Below, in pieces: positions 20,659 through 28,115 of a stretch of DNA of 32,000 nt (position 1 is its first letter; the number at the start of each line of letters is the position of its first letter). Source of the DNA: an uncultured Clostridia bacterium. Its GTDB lineage: Bacteria; Bacillota; Clostridia; TANB77; CAG-508. Both the position numbers and the translations under genes were made by a program. The notes beneath the pieces were generated by a model. It saw only the letters and a program-made list of their open reading frames with translations, had not been told where the DNA came from and did not search any database. The DNA is taken from positions 41,529 through 73,528 of the forward strand of contig CAKPAX010000004.1 in NCBI GenBank assembly GCA_934133175.1. Direction: 5' to 3'.

Positions 20659-20688
20659 TAAAAGTGTAAAATTATTAAAAGCAAAACA

Positions 20689-20716
20689 TTGACAAAGATG
20701 AAAAAAGTAGTATAAT
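20689..20716 (+). promoter_or_regulatory. Promoter of tRNA-Lys(CUU)
   Basis: TTGACA (20689-20694), 16 nt, TATAAT (20711-20716). Confidence 0.65.
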
Positions 20717-20739
20717 AGAAAATGCTTATATTAATATAT

Positions 20740-20815
20740 GGGTCATTAGCTCAGCTGGTAGAGCAGCAGACTCTTAATCTGAAGGTCCGGGGTTCGAAAC
20801 CCCGATGACCCACCA
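20740..20815 (+). tRNA. tRNA-Lys (anticodon CUU)
   Basis: Acceptor GGGTCAT/ATGACCC, anticodon loop CTCTTAA, T-arm CGGGG-TTCGAAA-CCCCG, encoded CCA. Confidence 0.93.
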
Positions 20816-20848
20816 AAAGATTGTTACGTTATGTAACAATCTTTTTTT
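20816..20848 (+). terminator. Rho-independent terminator
   Basis: aaagattgttac (20816-20827) pairs with gtaacaatcttt (20833-20844), and the T-run extends to 20848. Confidence 0.75.
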
Positions 20849-20935
20849 AATATACTGTATAAAAAATATATAAAATATGTTTAAAAATTTTTCAAAAAGG
20901 ATAAGATATATATATATATTTTAGGAGGTATATTT

Positions 20936-22054
20936 TTGAAAAAGAAAAAAACATTTAAAAAATTTATTGTTACATTTTTTATATTAATAATAATAGGATT
21001 TATATGTTTTTATATATATTATACATATAAAAATATAGAGATAAAGTCAAATTATGAAGTACAAAGAACAGAATATATCACAAATAGTGAAGAAACTGTG
21101 GAAAGTATAGAGAAAAAAAGTAAAAGTATTGCAGATATAATTGAAAATGTTACTGATTGTGTTGTTGGAATATCTAAATTTAAAAATAATGGCAGTTCTA
21201 TTTTTTCGAAAAATAGTGAAGATGAGCTTGGAATAGGAACAGGAATAATAGTATCTAATAATGGATATATAGTAAGTAATTCTCATGTGACTGGAGAAAA
21301 ATATAGTACATGTTATGTTACATTAGATAATGGAAGAAATTATGATGGAACAGTGGTGTGGGCTGATTCAGATCTTGACTTATCAATTACCAAAATAAAT
21401 GCTAAAAATTTGAATTATATAAAATTAGAAAATTCTGATAATATAAGAGTAGGAGAAACTGTATATGCAATAGGAAATCCAATAGGATTTGAATTTAGAA
21501 GAACAGTTACATCCGGAATTGTAAGTGCTAAAAATAGGACAATAAAATTTGAAAATGGAGATAATGTTTCATATATGTCGGGATTAATTCAAACAGATGC
21601 AACTATAAATCCAGGAAATAGTGGAGGACCATTAATAACATCAGATGGAAATGTTGTAGGAATAAATACTGTTAAAATTTCTTCAGCAGAGGGAATAGGA
21701 TTTGCTGTTCCAATAGATACAATAAAAACTGTAATTGAAAAGTTTAAATTAAATGATAAATTTGACGAAGCAAAAATAGGAATTTATGCTTATGATAAAG
21801 AAGTTATTCCATACTTATCTTATAATAATAATTTTGATAAAGGTATATATGTAGTACAAATAACACCAAATGGACCAGCTAGTAAAACGGAATTAAAAAT
21901 TGGAGACATAATAAATTCAATAGATGGAGTTGAATTAAGTTCAATGAATAGATTAAAACAATATATTTATACCAAAAACATTGGTGATGAAGTAAAATTA
22001 AATATAACAAGAGGAAAGATAAAAAAAGATATAATATTGCAATTAGGATCCTAA
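20936..22054 (+). CDS. htrA: HtrA/DegP-family serine protease (S1C) with PDZ domain, membrane anchored
   Basis: AGGAGG is followed 7 nt later by TTG 20936. There is an N-terminal TM helix. The catalytic triad context is SNSHV, DLDLSI and GNSGGPL. The C-terminal PDZ-like segment is GIYVVQITPNGPASKTELKIGDIINSIDG. Confidence 0.9.
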   Translation: MKKKKTFKKFIVTFFILIIIGFICFYIYYTYKNIEIKSNYEVQRTEYITNSEETVESIEKKSKSIADIIENVTDCVVGISKFKNNGSSIFSKNSEDELGIGTGIIVSNNGYIVSNSHVTGEKYSTCYVTLDNGRNYDGTVVWADSDLDLSITKINAKNLNYIKLENSDNIRVGETVYAIGNPIGFEFRRTVTSGIVSAKNRTIKFENGDNVSYMSGLIQTDATINPGNSGGPLITSDGNVVGINTVKISSAEGIGFAVPIDTIKTVIEKFKLNDKFDEAKIGIYAYDKEVIPYLSYNNNFDKGIYVVQITPNGPASKTELKIGDIINSIDGVELSSMNRLKQYIYTKNIGDEVKLNITRGKIKKDIILQLGS

Positions 22055-22124
22055 AAAACATTCAAACTATTTAAAAAATGAACTAAATATGATATAATTG
22101 GTAAAAATTTATAGGAGAGAGTTT

Positions 22125-22973
22125 ATGGGAGAATTTTGGGATATATATGATGAAAATAGAAAGAAAACAGGTAGGTTTGCAGAAAGGGATGTATATAAGT
22201 TAAAAAAAGGAGAATATCATATTGTTGTAACAGCTATAATAATAAATTCTAAAAATGAAATATTAATAACTAAAAGGGCACCACAAAAGAGTTTTGCACT
22301 AATGTGGGAATTGACGGGAGGATCTGTAAAAAAGGGAGAAACAAGTTTAGAAGGAATAATTAGAGAAGTTAATGAAGAAATAGGTATAAATTTTTCAAAA
22401 AAAGAAGCTATTTATTTAAAAACTGTCAGAAGAACAAAATTGTGTAATGATTTTAAAGATATGTGGGTATTTAAAAAAGATATAAAATTAGAAGATTTGG
22501 TTCTTCAAAAAGAAGAAGTTATAGATGCAAAGTGGGTTGATATAAATAAGTTTTTAGAAGGAAAAAATGATAAGAGTATAATACCAATAATTGACTTTGA
22601 TGAAAACGATTATAAAAAAGTAATAGATTTAAAGCAAAGGGAATCTTATAAATATATAGGAGAAAATGTTTCTGTAAAGATAGATAGACCTAAAGGAAGT
22701 AAACATCCTAAACATGATTTCGAATATGAAGTTAATTATGGGTATGTTCCAAATACAATAAGTGGTGATGATGAAGAAATAGATTGCTATATATTAGGAG
22801 AAAATGAAAAGTTAAAAGAGTTTAAAGGAAAATGTATAGCAGTAATACATAGAACAAATGATGACGATGATAAACTAGTTATAGTTCCAGAAGGAAAAGA
22901 CTTTACAGATGAAAAAATAAAGGAGTTAACTAATTTTCAAGAAAAATATTTTGAAAGCGAAATTATAAGATAG
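22125..22973 (+). CDS. NUDIX hydrolase fused to a short inorganic-pyrophosphatase-like domain
   Basis: ATG 22125 follows TAGGAGAGAG, whereas the ORF-track start at 22098 is a TTG without an SD. The NUDIX box is GGSVKKGETSLEGIIREVNEEIGI. The C-terminal part, KIDRPKGSKHPKH..NYGYVPNT..DDEEIDCYILG..HRTNDDDDKLVIV, resembles family I PPase acidic motifs. Confidence 0.8.
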   Translation: MGEFWDIYDENRKKTGRFAERDVYKLKKGEYHIVVTAIIINSKNEILITKRAPQKSFALMWELTGGSVKKGETSLEGIIREVNEEIGINFSKKEAIYLKTVRRTKLCNDFKDMWVFKKDIKLEDLVLQKEEVIDAKWVDINKFLEGKNDKSIIPIIDFDENDYKKVIDLKQRESYKYIGENVSVKIDRPKGSKHPKHDFEYEVNYGYVPNTISGDDEEIDCYILGENEKLKEFKGKCIAVIHRTNDDDDKLVIVPEGKDFTDEKIKELTNFQEKYFESEIIR

Positions 22974-22987
22974 AAGGAAAGTAATAA

Positions 22988-25489
22988 ATGAAGTTTATAA
23001 ATGAAATATATTTAGATAAAGAAAAAGATATAATAATAAAGTTATATGATAAAGGAGAAGATGAAATTAAGTATGTTTTAGAAACTCCAAATCATAATAC
23101 AGGGAATTTAATAACTAATTTAGCAAAAATTTGTGACTTAGAAACTGTAAAAAATAAAGATGATATGAAAATAATTACAGGAGTAATACCGGCAAGTATT
23201 AATGGGGATAATGAAGAAGTATATATTTTAAGACTTGGTGGAATAAAAATAGCTAATATATTTAAAAATGGAAAAATAGAATTAAAAGCAAAAATTCCAT
23301 CAATAATGAAAACTTTAATGTCTCAAACAAAAGATTATAGATTTGGAGTAGATAAAACTATTGTTAAATTTTATTTATTTAAAAAAACAAAATTTAGAAC
23401 AGATTTACATACACATATGAATGCTAATTTGTCTCCTGATATATTAATTGCATTAGGGATAACTCATCAGATAAAATATCCTTTATACTACATAAAAAAA
23501 TTAAAACTAAAATTAACAAAAGAACAAGAAGAAAAAATATATGAACAAAGAAAATTGGTAGAAAAAGATTTTGAAAATTCGGAGTTAAAAGGAAAATACT
23601 TAACAAGAAGAATTGATGATAATACTTTTATAAATTTTGCTGATTTTATTTTAAATAATTTAGAAAATTCAAAGGAAAATATTGAAAAAATAAGAGCAAG
23701 TTTAGCTATATTAAAAGATGGACAAGCAGTTTTTACGAACTTAGAAAAAGTTTACTTATATAGATATATTTTTGCAAAAGGAACAGAAAGTAAAGAAAAA
23801 ATAAAATTAGATATAAATAAAATAAATGAAATCTACCAAAAAGATATAAAAGAGGCTGTAATAAAAATGCTTGAGGATAAAAAAAGAGGAAGTATTTATG
23901 CAAAAAATAATTTAAGACAAGATAAATTATTATGGATTGCTAGGGAATATCAAAAACAGGGAATTTATTATGTAGAAATTGCTGATACTACACTAACTAA
24001 AAAAGGACTTCCAGCAATAGAATTGTTAGAAGAAATACATGATATTATGCCAAAAATAGAAGCGGAAACAGGAGTAATAATAAGATTTTTAGTAGCAATA
24101 AGAAGAATTCCATTAACTATTATTAAAGATAATATAACAAGTAGTGATTATTTAAGAGAAAATTTAAGCGTTTTAAAAGCAGTATCAAGAAGTCCATATG
24201 TTGTTGGAAGTGATTTTATTGGAGAAGAAATAAATGATATTTCTGAATTAAAACCAGCAATAAAAGAAATAACACAATTTGCTGTTGCACAAAATAACGG
24301 ATTTACAATAAGAATACATGCTGGAGAAAATGATAGTTTAAGAAATAATGTTTTAAAATCAATACAATTAGTTAGAAAATCAACTGAAAAAGGTCAAAAA
24401 ATGCCTAGAGTTAGAATAGGACACGGATTATATACTCCAGAGTTAGATAGTGAAGAAGGAAAAAAATTAATTAAAGAAATAAAAAAATCAAATGCTGTTA
24501 TGGAATTTCAATTAACATCAAATGTTAGATTAAATAATTTAAGTAAAATAGAAGGACATCCTTTAAAAAAATATTTAGATAATGGAGTAAAATGTGTACA
24601 AGGAACAGATGGCTGTGGATTTTATGGAACAGACACAATTGAAGAACAATTAGCAATGCAAAATTTATTGAAATTAAAACCAGAAGACTTTGAAAAAATG
24701 AGAGATGTGGAAGATGAGATTATAAAAGAAAATAAAAAATATTTTATAAAAAAATCAAAAGATTTTGACAAATTCTTAAATGGAAGAACATTAAGAAAGG
24801 CTATTCTTCAATTAGAAGACGAGATTATAAATGAAGATATAAATAAAAATATAAAATTGAGATTAAATAACAAAGTTGATTCAAGTAAAAAACTAAAAGA
24901 TATTATAAAAGAGTTGCCAACTGATAAAACACCTATAATAGTTGCTGGTGGAAGTTTTAATGCTCAAAATGTTGAAACGATTACTGAAGATACTGGAATT
25001 AATTCATTAAGAGAATTGATAAAAAAATTAGATGATAAAAAGGTATTTTTTGTAATAGGACATAAATTGCAAGGATATGAGAAAGCTGTTTTAGAATTGT
25101 GTCAAGAGTTAAATAAAAAAATTGAAGTTTATGCTATAATACCTAAAATGATAGAAAAAAATATAGCCGAAAATATTTTAAAATCTAATATAACAGGAGT
25201 CCGTATATCAACAGAAAGTGAAGATTTTGGAATATATAAAAGTTTTAATTATGAGATTTTTGAAAGAAGATTTTCAATAGTAATAGCATTTGATGGGCAT
25301 TCTCCTGTATCAAATTTGGTTCAAGAAGCCAAAAATGGAAAAGCAAAATCAAAAATATATGTAAATAGGAAAAATGAAAATTTAAATTACAAAGCAAAAA
25401 CTCTAAAAGGCTATATAACGCCATTTGAAATTGAAGATAATATTGCTAATAAAATAATTGAGGATAATATAGATATAATAAAAAAATAG
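22988..25489 (+). CDS. Large adenosine/AMP-deaminase-fold protein with unknown N-domain, helical insertion and C-terminal SLOG/LOG-like Rossmannoid domain
   Basis: 833 aa. The ordered ADA signature is DLHTHMN (H141, H143), IHAGE (H444, E447), RIGHG (H479) and GTDG (D541). The C-terminal 190 aa show PIIVAGGSF, VFFVIGHKLQGYEKAV, EVYAIIP and SIVIAFDGHSPVSNLVQEA. It starts 14 nt after the NUDIX gene. Confidence 0.75.
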   Translation: MKFINEIYLDKEKDIIIKLYDKGEDEIKYVLETPNHNTGNLITNLAKICDLETVKNKDDMKIITGVIPASINGDNEEVYILRLGGIKIANIFKNGKIELKAKIPSIMKTLMSQTKDYRFGVDKTIVKFYLFKKTKFRTDLHTHMNANLSPDILIALGITHQIKYPLYYIKKLKLKLTKEQEEKIYEQRKLVEKDFENSELKGKYLTRRIDDNTFINFADFILNNLENSKENIEKIRASLAILKDGQAVFTNLEKVYLYRYIFAKGTESKEKIKLDINKINEIYQKDIKEAVIKMLEDKKRGSIYAKNNLRQDKLLWIAREYQKQGIYYVEIADTTLTKKGLPAIELLEEIHDIMPKIEAETGVIIRFLVAIRRIPLTIIKDNITSSDYLRENLSVLKAVSRSPYVVGSDFIGEEINDISELKPAIKEITQFAVAQNNGFTIRIHAGENDSLRNNVLKSIQLVRKSTEKGQKMPRVRIGHGLYTPELDSEEGKKLIKEIKKSNAVMEFQLTSNVRLNNLSKIEGHPLKKYLDNGVKCVQGTDGCGFYGTDTIEEQLAMQNLLKLKPEDFEKMRDVEDEIIKENKKYFIKKSKDFDKFLNGRTLRKAILQLEDEIINEDINKNIKLRLNNKVDSSKKLKDIIKELPTDKTPIIVAGGSFNAQNVETITEDTGINSLRELIKKLDDKKVFFVIGHKLQGYEKAVLELCQELNKKIEVYAIIPKMIEKNIAENILKSNITGVRISTESEDFGIYKSFNYEIFERRFSIVIAFDGHSPVSNLVQEAKNGKAKSKIYVNRKNENLNYKAKTLKGYITPFEIEDNIANKIIEDNIDIIKK

Positions 25490-25505
25490 TACATAATATA
25501 ATAAA

Positions 25506-25540
25506 AATATAATCTAATTAAATTAGGTTATATTTTTATT
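25506..25540 (+). terminator. Hairpin terminator after the deaminase gene
   Basis: aatataatctaatt (25506-25519) pairs with aattaggttatatt (25521-25534) with one G-U pair, and a T5 run overlaps the 3' arm. Confidence 0.55.
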
Positions 25541-25660
25541 TATGTATTTTATATTTATATTTTTATAATAATTAAGATTTTAACAAATTAAAACAATTTA
25601 ATTAATTTTGTTGTATATTATTGGATTTTGTGCTATACTTAAAAAAGTTTTGATATATTT

Positions 25661-25737
25661 GCACTCGTAGTTTAGTTGGATAGAATGTCAGGCTACGAAC
25701 CTGAAGATCGGGGGTTCGAATCCCTCCGGGTGCACCA
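25661..25737 (+). tRNA. tRNA-Arg (anticodon ACG)
   Basis: Acceptor GCACTCG/CGGGTGC, anticodon arm TCAGG-CTACGAA-CCTGA, T-loop TTCGAAT, encoded CCA. An extended -10 (TGCTATACT, -10 at 25634-25639) lies upstream. Confidence 0.93.
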
Positions 25738-25782
25738 TAATATATTTTTTTCATATAATATTAAATAAATTTAAAAAAACAC

Positions 25783-25811
25783 TTGAAAAAAGTATTAAAT
25801 TATGGTAATAT
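25783..25811 (+). promoter_or_regulatory. Promoter of tRNA-Pro
   Basis: TTGAAA (25783-25788), 17 nt, TAATAT (25806-25811), preceded by TGG (extended -10 like). Confidence 0.5.
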
Positions 25812-25828
25812 TATTATTGTTATTTTAT

Positions 25829-25904
25829 CGAGGTGTAGCGCAGTTGGTAGCGCGCGTGGTTTGGGACCATGAGGTCGCAGGTTCGATCCCTGTCACCTCG
25901 ACCA
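25829..25904 (+). tRNA. tRNA-Pro (anticodon UGG)
   Basis: Acceptor CGAGGTG/CACCTCG, anticodon arm CGTGG-TTTGGGA-CCATG, T-arm GCAGG-TTCGATC-CCTGT, encoded CCA. Confidence 0.93.
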
Positions 25905-25968
25905 GAAAAAGACTAGTTTTTGAGGAAAATTCATTAGAATTCAAAAACAGTCAAATGATTTTAAGTAA

Positions 25969-26007
25969 GCTATTTTCTAAGAGTTTTTAGAAAATAGCAT
26001 TTTTTTA
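25969..26007 (+). terminator. Strong rho-independent terminator downstream of tRNA-Pro
   Basis: gctattttctaa (25969-25980) pairs with ttagaaaatagc (25987-25998), followed by a T7 run. Confidence 0.75.
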
Positions 26008-26184
26008 TTTATTCCAAAAAATGTCTAAAAATTCTAAAAAATTCTAATTTTTTGTTCCAAAAAGTGTTCCGTAAGATTAAAAATTCAAAAATAAGATGTT
26101 CCGGAATGTTCCGTGAAGCAAAAATCATTGATATTTAGCTACTTTGAGTGTTGAACGAATAACACAAAAAGGAGGGCTAATGAT

Positions 26185-26550
26185 ATGAATTTTATACCAT
26201 ACAAAGCTAATGAATATCTTGAAAATAGTTTCTATCAAGTACCAAAAGAACTATTTATTAATCCATATTATGTGACTTTAAGTCTTGCAAGTAAGGTATT
26301 ATATGGATTATTACTAGATAGATTGTCAATATCTATAAAGAATAATTGGACTGATGATAAGGGAGATATTTATATAGTATATTCAAGAAAAGAAGCTGGA
26401 TTAAAGCTTAATCTTTCAGATAAGACTGTTACAAAAGCATTCAAAGAGTTAAAGAATGTCAAATTAATTCGTGAAATTAGGACAGGTTTTAAGAAAAATA
26501 ACATTATCTATGTAGGAAAGATTAATCATGTTGAAATTTATGATTCGTAA
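26185..26550 (+). CDS. RepA_N-domain (replication initiator A N-terminal) protein, short form
   Basis: FYQVPKELFINPYY..LSLASKVLYGLLLDRLSISIKNNWTDDKGDIYIVYSRKEAGLKLNLSDKTVTKAFKELKNVKLI fits the RepA_N consensus as I recall it. At 121 aa it contains only the N-terminal domain. GGAGGG lies upstream. Confidence 0.7.
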   Translation: MNFIPYKANEYLENSFYQVPKELFINPYYVTLSLASKVLYGLLLDRLSISIKNNWTDDKGDIYIVYSRKEAGLKLNLSDKTVTKAFKELKNVKLIREIRTGFKKNNIIYVGKINHVEIYDS

Positions 26551-26618
26551 AAAGTACGACTCATGATAAGGAAATTTTACGATTCTAGAAACGGAAAAAT
26601 TACGATGTAATAATATTA
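26550..26618. repeat. Three phased 23-bp iteron-like direct repeats at the 3' end of the RepA_N gene
   Basis: TACGA occurs at 26555, 26578 and 26601, exactly 23 nt apart. The units are aaaagTACGActcatgataagga, aatttTACGAttctagaaacgga and aaaatTACGAtgtaataatatta. An inverted copy, tcgta, lies at 26545-26549. Confidence 0.6.
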
Positions 26619-26686
26619 AATATAATATAAATAAATTAATTAATATTTATTACATACTAAAAGAAAATATAAGGAGTGAATAAATT

Positions 26687-27052
26687 ATGAGTAGAAAAGA
26701 ATTAGAATATCAAAAAATAGGAGACTTTTATCTTCCAAAGGTAACTTTACCTGCTGAAGATGATAAATTAGATAATATAGGCAAATATGGACTATTAAGA
26801 TTAGAGTATCTGAAAGAACATAAGAAAGGTTATTATACTTTTCTTATGATTAATGGATCAGTTCCATTTGAATTAAGGAATATAGATTCTGCTGCAAATG
26901 AAAGAGTAAAAAAGATAATAAAACAACTAGCAGACGAGGAAAATGTCAATGAAGAATTGAAAGCTAAAGACCAAATGGAATGGGTAAGATGTATGAATAA
27001 TATAAAGAACAGAGCTGAAGAAATTGTACTTAAAGAACTTATTTATGTATAA
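26687..27052 (+). CDS. TnpV-family transposon-encoded protein
   Basis: YQKIGDFYLPKVTLPAEDD..IGKYGLLRLEYLKEHKKGYYTFLM..IDSAANERV..ELKAKDQMEWVRCMNNIKNRAEEIVLKELIY follows the TnpV consensus (GDYxLPxLxLP, YGxxxLxYLxEH, LKAxxxxxWxxxMNNI, EIVxxExIY). AAGGAG lies upstream. Confidence 0.8.
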   Translation: MSRKELEYQKIGDFYLPKVTLPAEDDKLDNIGKYGLLRLEYLKEHKKGYYTFLMINGSVPFELRNIDSAANERVKKIIKQLADEENVNEELKAKDQMEWVRCMNNIKNRAEEIVLKELIYV

Positions 27053-27242
27053 AATTGATTACTAAAAAATTATTCAAAGAGAAATTAAAAGTACAAAAAG
27101 GGGATTAAATAATAATCTATAAAATAAATTTATGTACCTAGAAAAGTCCAAATAAAGGTACTATAAATTAAAAATAAGTATCACATAAAGTGCAACGCAA
27201 GGTACAAAAATAGGTGCAATAAATTATTTTATAAATCCATTT

Positions 27243-27357
27243 CTTGTCCTAGCAAGCAATGAATGTGGGAGACCGAAAAAATCATTTTCTGTCTCAGCAA
27301 GCAATGAATTCGTTCACACGAATTCTGCTTGCTCCCCATTCTGGTCAATGGGACAAG
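27243..27357 (+). other. GC-enriched structured element (nested hairpins plus a 14-nt direct repeat), a candidate cis-regulatory RNA, oriT or recombination site
   Basis: Outer stem cttgtcc (27243-27249)/ggacaag (27351-27357). Hairpin gagac (27269-27273)/gtctc (27291-27295). A 15-bp hairpin pairs agcaagca..gaattcg (27296-27312) with cgaattc tgcttgct (27319-27333). Hairpin ccatt (27336-27340)/aatgg (27347-27351). An exact repeat agcaagcaatgaat lies at 27251-27264 and 27296-27309. Confidence 0.5.
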
Positions 27358-27401
27358 TCCCAAGCCCTTTTATAAAAATTTGAGTGAGAGGAGAATAGAA
27401 A

Positions 27402-27695
27402 ATGAAAAATTTAAGAGAAGTAAACGATGATATATTAAAAGAATGGTTAGAATTTAGAGAAGAAACTATTTTATGCTATCTTAATGAAGAAGATAAAAAA
27501 CATGGATTATTTATTGATGAAATATCTGAAAAGATTTTGAAAAATGTTCCTAAACAAAATAAGAAATATGTTGAAAAGCAATTAAATGAGCTAGATAAAA
27601 ATTTTATGGATTACTTAGGTTATTGGAATGAAAAATATTATAGGAATGGATTTGTTGATGGGATAGAATTAATTAGAGGTTGTGGTCATATATAA
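27402..27695 (+). CDS. Hypothetical 97-aa protein
   Basis: The ORF has GAGAGGAG upstream. I recognise no motif apart from a C-terminal YYRNGFVDGIELIRG pattern. It lies immediately downstream of the structured element. Confidence 0.55.
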   Translation: MKNLREVNDDILKEWLEFREETILCYLNEEDKKHGLFIDEISEKILKNVPKQNKKYVEKQLNELDKNFMDYLGYWNEKYYRNGFVDGIELIRGCGHI

Positions 27696-27702
27696 ATTAT
27701 TA

Positions 27703-27736
27703 AAAGTGTGAAAGATACAATTTTCTTTCACACTTT
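27703..27736. terminator. Bidirectional hairpin terminator
   Basis: aaagtgtgaaaga (27703-27715) pairs with tctttcacacttt (27724-27736), between convergent genes. Confidence 0.65.
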
Positions 27737-27742
27737 ATCTTT

Positions 27743-28099
27743 TTATACTTCAAAATAATCTTCTATATTACTGCTAGACCATCCACCATAACCAGGTCTA
27801 CCAGGAGTCCCACTAAATCCTGGTCTTCCTGGTGTGCCAGGTATACCTGGTGTTCCAGGAGTTCCACCAATTCCTGGTTGATATGGTAAATATCCAGTGT
27901 AATTTAATTTAAATGCAAGAGCTTTATTTTTTGAATCATATAAAACGCCATTTTCATACCAACCAATGTGCTTACCATTTTTTATATTATATATATTTCC
28001 ATTGTAAATCCAAGCTAGATTTTTACCAGTTTTACTTATAAGTCTATCATCATATTTAAATAACTCAGCTTGTCCATTTTTATTATATAGCCATTCCAT
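27743..28099 (-). CDS. Four-repeat beta-hairpin (4-fold beta-flower-like) protein with a C-terminal collagen-like Gly-X-Pro tail
   Basis: Four repeats of about 14 aa (WLYNKNGQAELFKY, RLISKTGKNLAWIY, GNIYNIKNGKHIGWY, NGVLYDSKNKALAF) are followed by nine consecutive GXY triplets (GTP GTP GIP GTP GRP GFS GTP GRP GYG). AAAGGAG lies upstream, 16 nt after the HNH gene. Confidence 0.6.
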   Translation of the reverse strand: MEWLYNKNGQAELFKYDDRLISKTGKNLAWIYNGNIYNIKNGKHIGWYENGVLYDSKNKALAFKLNYTGYLPYQPGIGGTPGTPGIPGTPGRPGFSGTPGRPGYGGWSSSNIEDYFEV

Positions 28100-28115
28100 A
28101 GTAATTTACTCCTTT

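Noticed and set aside
25802-25990. 62-aa plus-strand ORF from the track
   Set aside because: It reads straight through tRNA-Pro (25829-25904) and its terminator region and has no SD. It is an artefact of the tRNA sequence being open in that frame.
27770-27870. GTPG/GXP-encoding stretch considered as a DNA-level tandem repeat or contingency locus
   Set aside because: The nucleotide units are not identical, because codon choice varies between triplets. The periodicity is at the protein level (collagen-like GXY), so it is described as a protein feature only.
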